From an uncultured Poribacteria bacterium (GTDB lineage Bacteria; Poribacteria; WGA-4E; PCPOR2b), in contig OY282444.1 of the NCBI GenBank assembly GCA_958296125.1, positions 2,697,623-2,761,622 of the forward strand: a stretch of 64,000 bases of DNA, read 5' to 3'. The first letter of the stretch is position 1; the number at the start of each line of letters is the position of its first letter. This document shows, piece by piece, positions 40,293 through 48,816 of the stretch. The notes below the pieces were generated by a model that was not told the DNA's origin, searched no databases, and was given only the letters and a program-made list of their open reading frames with translations. A program made the position numbers and the translations under genes.

Positions 40293-40571
40293 GGGTTTTA
40301 ATCCTCAACTTGTTTATGTTTGATAAAATTCATCTTCAGTCAGATCAAAGGCTCTTCTGATTCCTTCAAGGGCTTTGATACTTAATTGTTGATTTAGATT
40401 ATGGCACTTTACAGGATAGAGGCGGGGCCTTCTCTGTCTGTTTTTCAATAAGCACATCAAGGTGAAATAACCGCTGCTTTAATTTTGAGTGGTCAACTTC
40501 CATTGGGGCCTCCAGTATCATTGGGGTTTACGTGTCTATTGTAAATTCCTCTTAATACGACGCATAACGCA

Positions 40572-41492
40572 TCACACTTCCCGCTTTGTCACTTTTAGCA
40601 AGGTCATCGTCACTAGCAGCAACGGCAGAATCACGAGCGCAGAACCCCACAGGGGGATCTGCACACCGATGAGACAAGGGAAAAACGTGATGGCACCCAC
40701 CATTGAACCTTTCAGGGCGCGGTAGCCGTTTTTCTCAGTCGGATTCAGGTAAAGGGGCAGACGGGTAATACTCGTCGCAAGCAACGCAAGGATAACCCAT
40801 AAGGTGTAGTGCCAACTGGCCCCTTCAAGCCAATGTGGCAACATGGCAACAATGAAGGACAGCATGGTTGATACAGCACCGCAGACAAGGGCTGGCTTGA
40901 TTCCTAGCTGCAAGGGAGTGGTGATAATACCGAGTTTTTCATCCCGTTCGAGATCTTTGAAGGTCGTTGTAATGTGTGTCCCGCAATCGTAGAGCGTCGT
41001 AGCGGCAAACGCATACCAGACCAAGCGTGGCACCCCTCCACTTACAGCGAGTGCCCCGAACACGTTGAGCAGACCGATGCCAAGCGGAAGACTGATGCTT
41101 CCCAATATTCCGCGTTCCTTAAAGAAGGCGTTATATAAATGGGAAATCATCACGAGGGAGATTACCAGAAGCCCCGCTTTGATGTGGAGTGTGAATCCCA
41201 AGATGACGCAGATGATGTAGGTGCTGCTTGCGGTGATCAGTACCTGCCGAGGCGTGAGTCGATGGGACGGGAGCGGACGGTCCGGATTCACAACGGCATC
41301 CTGCTCGCGGTGGAAGTAGTCATTCTTCATCATCCCCGCGAAGTAGCCAAGCAGTGCGATAAACAATGTCAGCCCAACCCGCCAATTCCACTTTCCCTCT
41401 GAAGCAATCAGTGCACCGGGCAGCGTCGCGACAATCGGAATGGCAAAGAGAGGGTAGCGGATTAAGTCAAGATAAGCTTTTAATGTGTTCAT
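40572..41492 (-). CDS. UbiA-family prenyltransferase (integral membrane)
   Basis: Multi-TM protein with Asp-rich motif NDYFHREQDAVVNPDRPL. Confidence 0.75.
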   Translation of the reverse strand: MNTLKAYLDLIRYPLFAIPIVATLPGALIASEGKWNWRVGLTLFIALLGYFAGMMKNDYFHREQDAVVNPDRPLPSHRLTPRQVLITASSTYIICVILGFTLHIKAGLLVISLVMISHLYNAFFKERGILGSISLPLGIGLLNVFGALAVSGGVPRLVWYAFAATTLYDCGTHITTTFKDLERDEKLGIITTPLQLGIKPALVCGAVSTMLSFIVAMLPHWLEGASWHYTLWVILALLATSITRLPLYLNPTEKNGYRALKGSMVGAITFFPCLIGVQIPLWGSALVILPLLLVTMTLLKVTKREV

Positions 41493-41497
41493 GGTGA

Positions 41498-41692
41498 TTA
41501 ACTTTCAAGTAGGAAAAGTTGCTTGGGCGTGGTGGCAATCTGTTGCAGTATTGGATCGTCAGGTAACGGCACTCGTGCAAGCTCTTTGGGTTCAATCTTG
41601 TTAAGTCCACCCCCATAAGTTCGCCCTTCATAAAGCAGATATTCATCCTTAGTCTGCTTCAGCAAATCGAATAACTGAGCAAGGAAGTCCAC
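41498..41692 (-). pseudogene. C-terminal remnant of a DNA methyltransferase-like gene (split by IS)
   Basis: 64-aa fragment (…YEGRTYGGGLNKIEPKELARVPLPD…) resembles C-termini of Eco57I/N6-adenine MTase family proteins. The upstream part of the same frame family lies at 43092..43541, beyond the TnpB element. Confidence 0.35.
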
Positions 41693-41737
41693 GTTGTTTT
41701 TACAGATAGTGGCTTTAGCCCGTAAAGCCCAAGTATT

Positions 41738-41755
41738 GTCCGTGCCGAGACCAGG
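41738..41755 (-). repeat. Dispersed 18-bp repeat copy (reverse orientation)
   Basis: GTCCGTGCCGAGACCAGG is the reverse complement of CCTGGTCTCGGCACGGAC. Confidence 0.7.
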
Positions 41756-41834
41756 TATACTTGGGATATAAGTTTCGCTTTAGCGTTTTTGCTTGATACG
41801 GTTGTCAAAATATGTTACAATTCTTTTGTCTTTC

Positions 41835-41875
41835 GTGGGAGAGTCTTACCCCTATCACACGATAGGGTCTCCCAC
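41835..41875 (+). other. Imperfect subterminal hairpin (putative IS200/IS605 left-end structure)
   Basis: GTGGGAGA...TCTCCCAC inverted repeat with inner CCTAT/ATAGG pairing, 40 bp upstream of the TnpB start. Confidence 0.4.
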
Positions 41876-41947
41876 ACCCTGTAAGACGGACATGAAAGAC
41901 AGAAAGACACCCCCATGAAAACCTACAAGTTCAAGATGTATAGCCAT

Positions 41948-41966
41948 CCCTGGTCTCGGAACGGAC
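41948..41966 (+). repeat. Dispersed 18-bp repeat copy inside tnpB
   Basis: CCCTGGTCTCGGAACGGAC; translated as PWSRNGH in the tnpB frame. Confidence 0.7.
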
Positions 41967-42129
41967 ACGGAAACGGGGAGTTGCACAAAAACATAGACGG
42001 TCACGCGCATGTATGGAATCATTGCGTTGCCCTTCAGCGTCGCTACTATGCTATCTATGGCAAATATATCGGCAAGTTTCGATTGATGAAACACCTCTCT
42101 AAACTCAAGAAACTCTCTCGTTTTGCCCA

Positions 42130-42147
42130 CCTGGTCTCGGAACGGAC
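42130..42147 (+). repeat. Dispersed 18-bp repeat copy inside tnpB
   Basis: CCTGGTCTCGGAACGGAC; translated as LVSERT, a different codon phase from the 41948 copy. Confidence 0.7.
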
Positions 42148-42482
42148 TTGGAATCAGTTGCCAAGCCAAGCGATTCAGGATGTAGCCGCTCGCATTGATA
42201 AAGGCTACAAAAAGATGTTTGAAGATCGTGCCGCGGGCAAAAAGTGTGGCAGACCCCGTTTCAAGCCCCGTCGTAAATATAAGTCGTTCACATTGGTAAA
42301 AGCGGGCTGGAAACTTCTACCCAACAACCGAATTAAAATCGGGAAACGGGTCTACCGCTATTTCAAGTCCCGTGAGATACAAGGCACTCCCAAGCGGTGC
42401 ACCGTGAAACGGGATGCCGAGGGTGATGTTTATATCTGTGTGCTAACTGACTATGTAGAACCTGACCAAAACCGAGCTATGC

Positions 42483-42500
42483 CTGGTCTCGGCACGGACA
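42483..42500 (+). repeat. Dispersed 18-bp repeat copy inside tnpB
   Basis: CCTGGTCTCGGCACGGAC; translated as PGLGTD, a third codon phase. Confidence 0.7.
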
Positions 42501-42649
42501 CGGGTCATATCGCAGGCTTCGATTTTGGTCTCAAACGGTATCTCACAGGGTCAAACGGACATGATATAGAATCCCCTCTATTTTTCAAACGCAGTCTTAA
42601 CGCTATCAAACGGTTCAACCGCAAACACAGCACCAAACGTACCTGTCCT

Positions 42650-42667
42650 GTCCGTGCCGAGACCAGG
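42650..42667 (-). repeat. Dispersed 18-bp repeat copy inside tnpB (reverse orientation)
   Basis: GTCCGTGCCGAGACCAGG; translated as VRAETR. Confidence 0.7.
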
Positions 42668-43091
42668 CGGAACGGGAAAGGTTCAAAGAATCGGGGACGC
42701 GCCCGATTGGATTTAGCCCGTAAACACCATAGAATCGCTAACCAGCGTGAGGACTTCCACTGGAAACTTGCACACCAACTCACCGATAGATATGATGAGA
42801 TACGGCCCCGATAAGATCGGGATTCAGAGCAACTTGAGGACTTGAACCTCAGAGGCATGAAAGCCCTTTGGGGACGCAAGGTTAGCGATTTAGGCTTTGC
42901 CGACTTTGTTAGGAAGTTAGTGTATATCGCTTCTCAAAAAGGCGTTAAAATCACGTTCATTGATAAGTGGTATCCTTCCAGTAAGACTTGCTCGGTTTGC
43001 GGGGCAGTGAATGAAGCGTTAAATCTGCGAGATAGAACATGGCAATGCCCAAGTTGCCACACACAGTTAGATAGAGATCGCAACGCCGCGA

Positions 43092-43541
43092 TTAATATCT
43101 ACAGGGTGGGGGCATCCACCCCTGGTCTCGGCACGGACCTTTCAGGAGAGGTCGTAAGTCCCGCTTCGGTTGGCTAACCTCGTCGATTGAACAATTCCAC
43201 TCCCAAAGGAATAGGTGAGAATCCCAATCCTTTAGGTTTGGGAGTATGTCAAAAGCTTGCTGCACCTCTTGATTCGGATAAAGCATCAGATAGACATTTG
43301 GGCTAGTTGCCTGCGAATAGTTTCGGAAGAACCGCAGGCCAGAATCCCCTGACTTGGTGCGAGACATATAACTGCATAAAATAGGAGCCGCCGGTCGATT
43401 TTCCTGTTTGAACCATGGCCGTCGATGGCGAGTTATGTACCGGTCCGCAAACCCTTGCGATTTCCCCCAAGCGAGGTAAACCTTTAGTGACGGGTAGGCT
43501 TCGACTGCGCTCTCCTCCAAATCACAATCTAACAGTACCAA
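43092..43541 (-). pseudogene. Remnant of a DNA N6-adenine methyltransferase-like gene (target-recognition/C-terminal region), 5'-truncated and split by the TnpB element
   Basis: …PILCSYMSRTKSGDSGLRFFRNYSQATSPNVYLMLYP… resembles the post-catalytic region of Eco57I/TaqI-like MTases. No catalytic N-terminal domain upstream (an ADH gene follows). 3' end runs into the IS right end. Confidence 0.4.
43121..43138 (+). repeat. Dispersed 18-bp repeat copy inside tnpB 3' end
   Basis: CCTGGTCTCGGCACGGAC; translated as PGLGTD. Confidence 0.7.
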
Positions 43542-43643
43542 AGATGGATGAATGAATGGGAAACCGTCGTAGGCAGGGTCTGATGTATATTCCTATGTTC
43601 TATTCTTGAAAATGAGCCGATCCGTCCAACACGCTTTTATGTG

Positions 43644-44663
43644 TTACCCACCCACCAGAACACTTTTCACACCGCGTTGCTGCCGAGCGTTTTCAAACCC
43701 TTCAATGGCTCCTTGGATCGGAAATCGATCCGTTAACAACGGCTTGAGGTTAATCCCGTCGTCAATAAGCATTTGACGGGATTCGTTCAAACTCCAGCGC
43801 GAGAATGCCCACGATGCCATCAGCTTGTGCCCCATATAATGAAAATGCTCAAGGTTAATCCGCAGTTCCTGCCCGCCCGGTGCCAGTCCAAAGAAATTTA
43901 CGCAACCGCCTCGCCGCACAACCTTGAAGCCGAGATCAATCGCGCGCTGATCATTGACTGTCGCAGAGATGACGGTATCCACGCCGCCGTTAGTCTTCTC
44001 GATCAGCGTTTCCACCTGCTCCGCTGTAATATCAAATGTGGTGTCTGCGCCAACTTCATCTGCTGCCCTCCGCCGATGTGCGAGTGGCTCAAGAACGGAT
44101 GTCTGCAAGCCCGCTTTTCTCGCCAGTTGGGCAAACATCAAGCCAATGGGACCCGCGCCTAGGATAGCTACACTTTTATCGAAGATTGTTTCACGCATCG
44201 CATTGATACAGCAGCCCAACGGCTCCAGAAAAATCAGTTCTTCTGGCGGAATCGTATCTGGTACGGATATGAGTTTGCCTGTGTCAATTCCGTGTTTCGG
44301 CATCCGGAGGTATTGGGCATATCCGCCATCAATGTCGTGTCCAATTCCCTCAATCTGTGAGCAATATTTGTCCATGTCCGCCCGGCAGTAATCACAGTTT
44401 CCGCAGGAGAGCATCGGATTTGCCGTTACTTTCTCACCGACTTTCACATCGGGGTGGCGGCTTTCAACGACGACCCCGGCGAGTTCATGCCCCATCACGA
44501 CGGGCGGTGAGTAGTCCGTGATATCCCCGTTGAGTGCTGCCAAGTCAGATGTACAGATACCGCATAGGTCGACTTTAATCAGGACATCTCCCGAATTGAG
44601 GGCCGGGACCGGCTTATCCTGTACGCTTAATTTTCCAGTTTCTTCAAAGACAGCAGCTTTCAT
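43644..44663 (-). CDS. Zinc-dependent alcohol dehydrogenase (MDR superfamily; threonine/sorbitol dehydrogenase-like)
   Basis: GHELAGVV catalytic-Zn motif, structural-Zn Cys cluster (CGNCDYC), Rossmann GAGPIGL. Confidence 0.85.
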   Translation of the reverse strand: MKAAVFEETGKLSVQDKPVPALNSGDVLIKVDLCGICTSDLAALNGDITDYSPPVVMGHELAGVVVESRHPDVKVGEKVTANPMLSCGNCDYCRADMDKYCSQIEGIGHDIDGGYAQYLRMPKHGIDTGKLISVPDTIPPEELIFLEPLGCCINAMRETIFDKSVAILGAGPIGLMFAQLARKAGLQTSVLEPLAHRRRAADEVGADTTFDITAEQVETLIEKTNGGVDTVISATVNDQRAIDLGFKVVRRGGCVNFFGLAPGGQELRINLEHFHYMGHKLMASWAFSRWSLNESRQMLIDDGINLKPLLTDRFPIQGAIEGFENARQQRGVKSVLVGG

Positions 44664-44876
44664 GAGTACATGTCCCCTTTATCATGCACCAAACGAAGTT
44701 GTTCAAGCAGTTGGCTACCAACTCGCACAATGGAGGCAGCGATATCATCAAGGACTTCCGCTCCATGGATCGCTTGGTTGCAAACAGATAGGCTATATAC
44801 CGCTCTATTTTTCCGCATTTTCTCCTCCTTTATCCTTTTCGATCTCATGGGGAGATTTATGTATATTGTGAGCGAT

Positions 44877-45425
44877 TCAATGGGTTAGGAACTCGTCAAA
44901 CTTCTTGAGCAACGCATCCGGGTTTTCATCAATCAATATCAGCGAACGGTGAGGCTCCTTGATAAATCCCTCCGAGACCGCATAATCGAGGAAATCCGCT
45001 AACTTGCTATAATACTGGCATACGTTCAGGAGTCCACACGGTTTTCGGTGTAGACCAAGTTGCGTCCACGTTACCATCTCAAAGAGTTCGTCAATTGTGC
45101 CGAGTCCGCCGGGGAGCGCGATAAAGGCATCCGAAAGTTCAGCCATCAATCCTTTCCGCTCGTGCATCGAATCAACGACTCGCAGATCGGAAAGCGCGGC
45201 GTGAGCGATTTCCTTTTCGACGAATATCCTAGGCACGACCCCAATCACTTCGCCACCCTCCTCAAGGGCGGCATTGGCAAGCTCACCCATCGTGCCAACG
45301 TTTGTGCCACCGTAGACAAGCCCTAAGTTTTTGCTCGCTAAGGCGTGACCGAGCTGCCTTGCGGCTTTGGCATACATCGGTTTACTTCCCATGCTTGATC
45401 CGCAAAATACACACACCCATTTCAT
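44877..45425 (-). CDS. LOG-family protein (cytokinin riboside 5'-monophosphate phosphoribohydrolase-like, TIGR00730)
   Basis: VCVFCGSS, GGTNVGTMG and PGGLGTIDELFE motifs; 182 aa. Confidence 0.85.
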   Translation of the reverse strand: MKWVCVFCGSSMGSKPMYAKAARQLGHALASKNLGLVYGGTNVGTMGELANAALEEGGEVIGVVPRIFVEKEIAHAALSDLRVVDSMHERKGLMAELSDAFIALPGGLGTIDELFEMVTWTQLGLHRKPCGLLNVCQYYSKLADFLDYAVSEGFIKEPHRSLILIDENPDALLKKFDEFLTH

Positions 45426-45545
45426 TCCAACACACTTTCTTGATTAGGTCGGTTCAATTTAGTTTATAAATTTTATCAGAAACCTCAGTTGCAATGCAAG
45501 ACAAATGCAAGACAATTGTCAATTCCAACGGGCATCTGTTTTTTG

Positions 45546-45574
45546 TTGACAGCAGCAGACCTTCGTTTTATCAT
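45546..45574 (+). promoter_or_regulatory. Candidate sigma70 promoter (TTGACA-17 nt-TATCAT)
   Basis: TTGACA at 45546..45551 and TATCAT at 45569..45574, about 40 bp upstream of the 45616 ORF. Preceded by direct repeat TGCAAGACAA x2 (45495..45520). Confidence 0.35.
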
Positions 45575-45615
45575 ATCAAAATAGGTTTAGTGGTTGTTTC
45601 GTAGCTGCCCCAAAC

Positions 45616-45954
45616 TTGTCGTTAGACAACCGAAAGGACCAAACCATGGGGAACACTCCAAAATCGGGAAACGGGTTCATGAAATATCACCGAGGCGACA
45701 GCTACGAAATTAAGTACACAACATGCCTGAACGTTCGCAAGGCAGCAGGTAAAGAGGTTCACCTCCACCGCCAATGGGATAAGCTCATCACCCAAATTTC
45801 TCGCGAAAGCAGTGGAGGCCCTGTGCTAAATGGCAAAGGCGAGGTCATAGGAGGCACCACTCAACGCTTTAGTTTTGAACCGTCGGAACTTAAGACCGTT
45901 ATGGAGGAGATAGAAGATCCGCGCGATATCGCTATTTCGTCAAACACTCTTTAG
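45616..45954 (+). CDS. Small protein with trypsin-like protease active-site fragment (possible remnant)
   Basis: SRESSGGPVLNGKGEVIGGTT matches the GDSGGP...GEVIGI serine-protease segment, but the ORF is only 112 aa and lacks His/Asp regions. Confidence 0.3.
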   Translation: MSLDNRKDQTMGNTPKSGNGFMKYHRGDSYEIKYTTCLNVRKAAGKEVHLHRQWDKLITQISRESSGGPVLNGKGEVIGGTTQRFSFEPSELKTVMEEIEDPRDIAISSNTL

Positions 45955-45980
45955 AGCACGACTCGACAGGGAGGAAAACA

Positions 45981-47246
45981 GTGAGTAAACAAATTCGATT
46001 AGCTATTGTTGGCTGTGGGGGCATGGGGCATCGTCACCTGTACGGGCTCGCAGAACTACATCGTGCAGGATGGGAACGCTTTGAGCTTGTTGGGGCATGT
46101 GATCCGGTACGCGATAACGCCGAATCCCTCGCTGATCAAGCAGCAACGCATTTTGGGGCATCCCCAACTGTCGTTGAGAATCTTGATGGACTGGCGGCAC
46201 TGAATGTTGAAGCAGTTGATGTGACGACGACACCGCGATACCACCACACGGTTGCTGTTGAGACGCTGGGGCGGGGTTGGCATACGATGGTCGAAAAACC
46301 GATGGGATTGACCGTCCGTGCCTGTAACCTCATCGCGTGTGCAGCGGAAGGGTCTGACGCAATTTTAAGTGTGGCGGAGAATTATCGACGGGACCCCATC
46401 AACCGTCTGGCGAAAGCCCTGCTAGACGCGGGGGTCATTGGTACTCCACGCTTTCTCATCCACCACGCTATTGGCGGCGGCGACCGGATGTTGATCTCGG
46501 TATGGCGGCACCAAAAGGACCAAAGTGGTGTGCTGCTTGATGTCGGTGTTCACCACTCGGATATGATGGAGTACCTGCTCGGCGACATTGAAACGGTTTA
46601 CGCGAAGACAAGACTCCATGAACCCATCCGCAAGAATCCCGCAGCAGGCGGTGGAGAAGCTGGATCGAATCCCGGCGGTGTCTATGGCCGCTGGCAGGTA
46701 GAAATGCCCGCCGAATTTGAAGCGACCGCCGAGGATGCCGCTTACGCAACGTTGACTTTCAAAAACGGTGCGGTGGGTCAATACATTGAAGACCATGCCG
46801 GACGTGGTCAGGGTGTGTGGTCACGCCAGATTTACGGTTCTGAGGGTTCGATGAGTTTGCCGGGAGATCGCAGCGGAGGAAATATCATACTAAACATTGA
46901 TGGCGAATCCCCTATTGATGATGAGAAGATACTAGAGTATGTCCCCGATTTTCGACTTGATGCAGTGACATCAGATTTGTGGGGTGAAGATCGGTTGTGG
47001 CGTTACGAATTCCCGTTCCCTGAAATAGATCGGAAAATTATCGCTATCGAATATGGGGACTTTGCACAGGCGATAGCAGGCGAGCATCCGGTCGAAGTGG
47101 ACGCTGCACAAGGGACGCGATCTGTTGCTGTCTCTTACGGGATGTTGGAGTCTGGTGAAATTGGGCGTATCGTCACTATTGACGACATGCTTGCCGAGCA
47201 GGTCGATGACTATCAGAGTGAAATTAACGAAAGCTTGGGAATATGA
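45981..47246 (+). CDS. Gfo/Idh/MocA-family oxidoreductase
   Basis: GTG start after AGGGAGGAAAACA. N-terminal IRLAIVGCGGMGHRH Rossmann motif and the EKP motif (MVEKPMGL). Confidence 0.8.
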   Translation: MSKQIRLAIVGCGGMGHRHLYGLAELHRAGWERFELVGACDPVRDNAESLADQAATHFGASPTVVENLDGLAALNVEAVDVTTTPRYHHTVAVETLGRGWHTMVEKPMGLTVRACNLIACAAEGSDAILSVAENYRRDPINRLAKALLDAGVIGTPRFLIHHAIGGGDRMLISVWRHQKDQSGVLLDVGVHHSDMMEYLLGDIETVYAKTRLHEPIRKNPAAGGGEAGSNPGGVYGRWQVEMPAEFEATAEDAAYATLTFKNGAVGQYIEDHAGRGQGVWSRQIYGSEGSMSLPGDRSGGNIILNIDGESPIDDEKILEYVPDFRLDAVTSDLWGEDRLWRYEFPFPEIDRKIIAIEYGDFAQAIAGEHPVEVDAAQGTRSVAVSYGMLESGEIGRIVTIDDMLAEQVDDYQSEINESLGI

Positions 47247-47285
47247 CTCGTGCCCCAACGGTGAAGATTGGGATGGAGGTGGAAT

Positions 47286-48734
47286 ATGGCAACTCGATCG
47301 GCGGAGGAGTACAAGACGGGCTTAAACGATGGTCGCGCTCTGTTTTTTAAGGGGAATCGCGTGGAGGATGTCACCCGCCATCCAGATTTGGGGGTTGGGA
47401 TGGAGCACGCCTCCCTCGATTTTGCACTCGCTGAGGATGCGGCGTATCAAGATTTGATGACCGTCAAAATTCCTGAAACGGGCGAAACAATCAGCCGGTA
47501 TTTCGTAAGCCCTACCAACACAGGCGATCTGCTAAAACGGCGCGAGATGATTGAAACCAGCACTCGGCTTGGCGGCGGGGTAGTGTTGCTAATCAAGGAG
47601 ATTGGAACGGACGCACTCTTTGCCCTCTCCTTGGTTGCCAAACGGATTGATGAACAGTATGGTACAGACTACCTCAAGCGGGTGGAGGCGTATCATCAGC
47701 ACTGTCAGCAGGAAGATCTCAGCATGGCGGTTGCACAAACTGATGTGAAGGGCGATCGAAGCCTTGCTCCTTCCGAGCAGACACATCCGGATTACTACGT
47801 GCGTGTGGTTGAAGAGCGGGCGGATGGGATAGTTGTTCGAGGGGCGAAAGCGCATACCACCTGCGCTCCCTACGTGGACGAAATCATTGTGCTGCCAACA
47901 CGGAATCTGACGGAACAGGATAAAAATTACGCTGTCGCCTTTGCTGTCCCTGCCAATGCCCCCGGCTTGAAAATGATTGTCAGTCCTTTTGGTGCTTCGT
48001 CATCCAGCGATTTTCATAACCCCGTCAGTTCCCATCACCGGATGATCGAAAGTCTTACAATCTTCGACGATGTTTTTGTTCCAAGGGAGCGGGTCTTCAT
48101 GAGTGGGGAGTGGGATTTCGCGGGCGGATTAGCCACCACCTTCGTTCAATTCCACCGATTTACCGCCATCTCTTACAAGCCACCGCTGTGTGACCTCCTG
48201 ACCGGTGCTGCCGCATTAATCGCCGAGCACAACGGCATCAGCCGCGCAAGCCATGTTCGGGAGAAGTTGATGCACCTGATTAACTATGCCGAAACGGTTC
48301 GCGCTCTAAGTAAAGCCGCCGCTGTCGATTGCGTCCAGATTGATGAAGTGGCGATTCCCAATTCGATCCTCACCAACGTTGCTAAGTTTTACTTTGCTAG
48401 CAACTACCATCAGATGGTCAGTTACGTGCAGGATATCGCCGGCGGGCTTGTGGTCACCGGACCTTCAGAGGAAGATGTCACAAACCCTGAAACCCGAGAC
48501 TATATCGAAAAATACTTGGGTGGTGCCGCGGGTGTTCCAACGTTAGAACGCCTGAAACTGGTGAACCTGATTCGGGACCTGACGGCTTCTGACTTTGGCG
48601 GTTACAATGAACTTCTTGCCATCCATGCCGAAGGTTCCCTTGAAGCGCAGAAGATCACCATTTATCGGGAGTATGACTTGGAACGGTGTAAATCCTTGGC
48701 TAAACAAGCGGCAGGGATAGGGGATAACGCTTAG
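47286..48734 (+). CDS. 4-hydroxybutyryl-CoA dehydratase / vinylacetyl-CoA isomerase (AbfD)-like, HpaB-family flavoprotein
   Basis: Near-identical blocks to AbfD as recalled from memory, not from a database search: DVKGDRSLAPSEQ..., EDGIVVRGAKAH, DDVFVPRERVFM. Confidence 0.8.
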   Translation: MATRSAEEYKTGLNDGRALFFKGNRVEDVTRHPDLGVGMEHASLDFALAEDAAYQDLMTVKIPETGETISRYFVSPTNTGDLLKRREMIETSTRLGGGVVLLIKEIGTDALFALSLVAKRIDEQYGTDYLKRVEAYHQHCQQEDLSMAVAQTDVKGDRSLAPSEQTHPDYYVRVVEERADGIVVRGAKAHTTCAPYVDEIIVLPTRNLTEQDKNYAVAFAVPANAPGLKMIVSPFGASSSSDFHNPVSSHHRMIESLTIFDDVFVPRERVFMSGEWDFAGGLATTFVQFHRFTAISYKPPLCDLLTGAAALIAEHNGISRASHVREKLMHLINYAETVRALSKAAAVDCVQIDEVAIPNSILTNVAKFYFASNYHQMVSYVQDIAGGLVVTGPSEEDVTNPETRDYIEKYLGGAAGVPTLERLKLVNLIRDLTASDFGGYNELLAIHAEGSLEAQKITIYREYDLERCKSLAKQAAGIGDNA

Positions 48735-48816
48735 TAGTCAGACGGGACGATGCGTTTTGGTATTCCACGGAGCGAGACCCAACCATGCCCGTCCGGAGAA
48801 AGAGAGGAACCGAACG

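Larger units (their letters stand above)
41915..43177 (+). pseudogene. tnpB: TnpB (IS605 OrfB, RuvC-like + zinc finger) with in-frame TAA and embedded dispersed repeats
   Basis: Single reading frame. N-terminal MKTYKFKMY, RuvC motifs (GFDFGLKRY; EDLNLRGM), Zn finger CSVCG...CPSCH. TAA at 42812..42814 inside a small palindrome CCCCGATAAGATCGGG. Five 18-bp repeat copies in three phases. Confidence 0.75.
41835..43243 (+). mobile_element. IS200/IS605-family TnpB-only element (IS1341-like), degenerate
   Basis: TnpB ORF flanked by a left hairpin (41835..41875) and a right imperfect hairpin (43196..43243: ACTCCCAAAGG...CCTTTAGGTTTGGGAGT). No tnpA. Splits a methyltransferase remnant. Confidence 0.55.

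Noticed and set aside
40293-40571. T-box riboswitch leader upstream of valS
   Set aside because: No T-box consensus (AATTAGGGTGGTACCGCG-like) or specifier/antiterminator arrangement recognisable in the reverse complement of this 5' region.
41948-43138. Interpreting PGLGTD/PWSRNG segments as genuine conserved TnpB motifs
   Set aside because: The same DNA 18-mer appears in three codon phases and both orientations and also intergenically, so it is a nucleotide-level repeat, not a protein motif.
44660-44848. 62-aa ORF on minus strand upstream of the ADH gene
   Set aside because: Overlaps the ADH start codon region and promoter; no motif; probably spurious.
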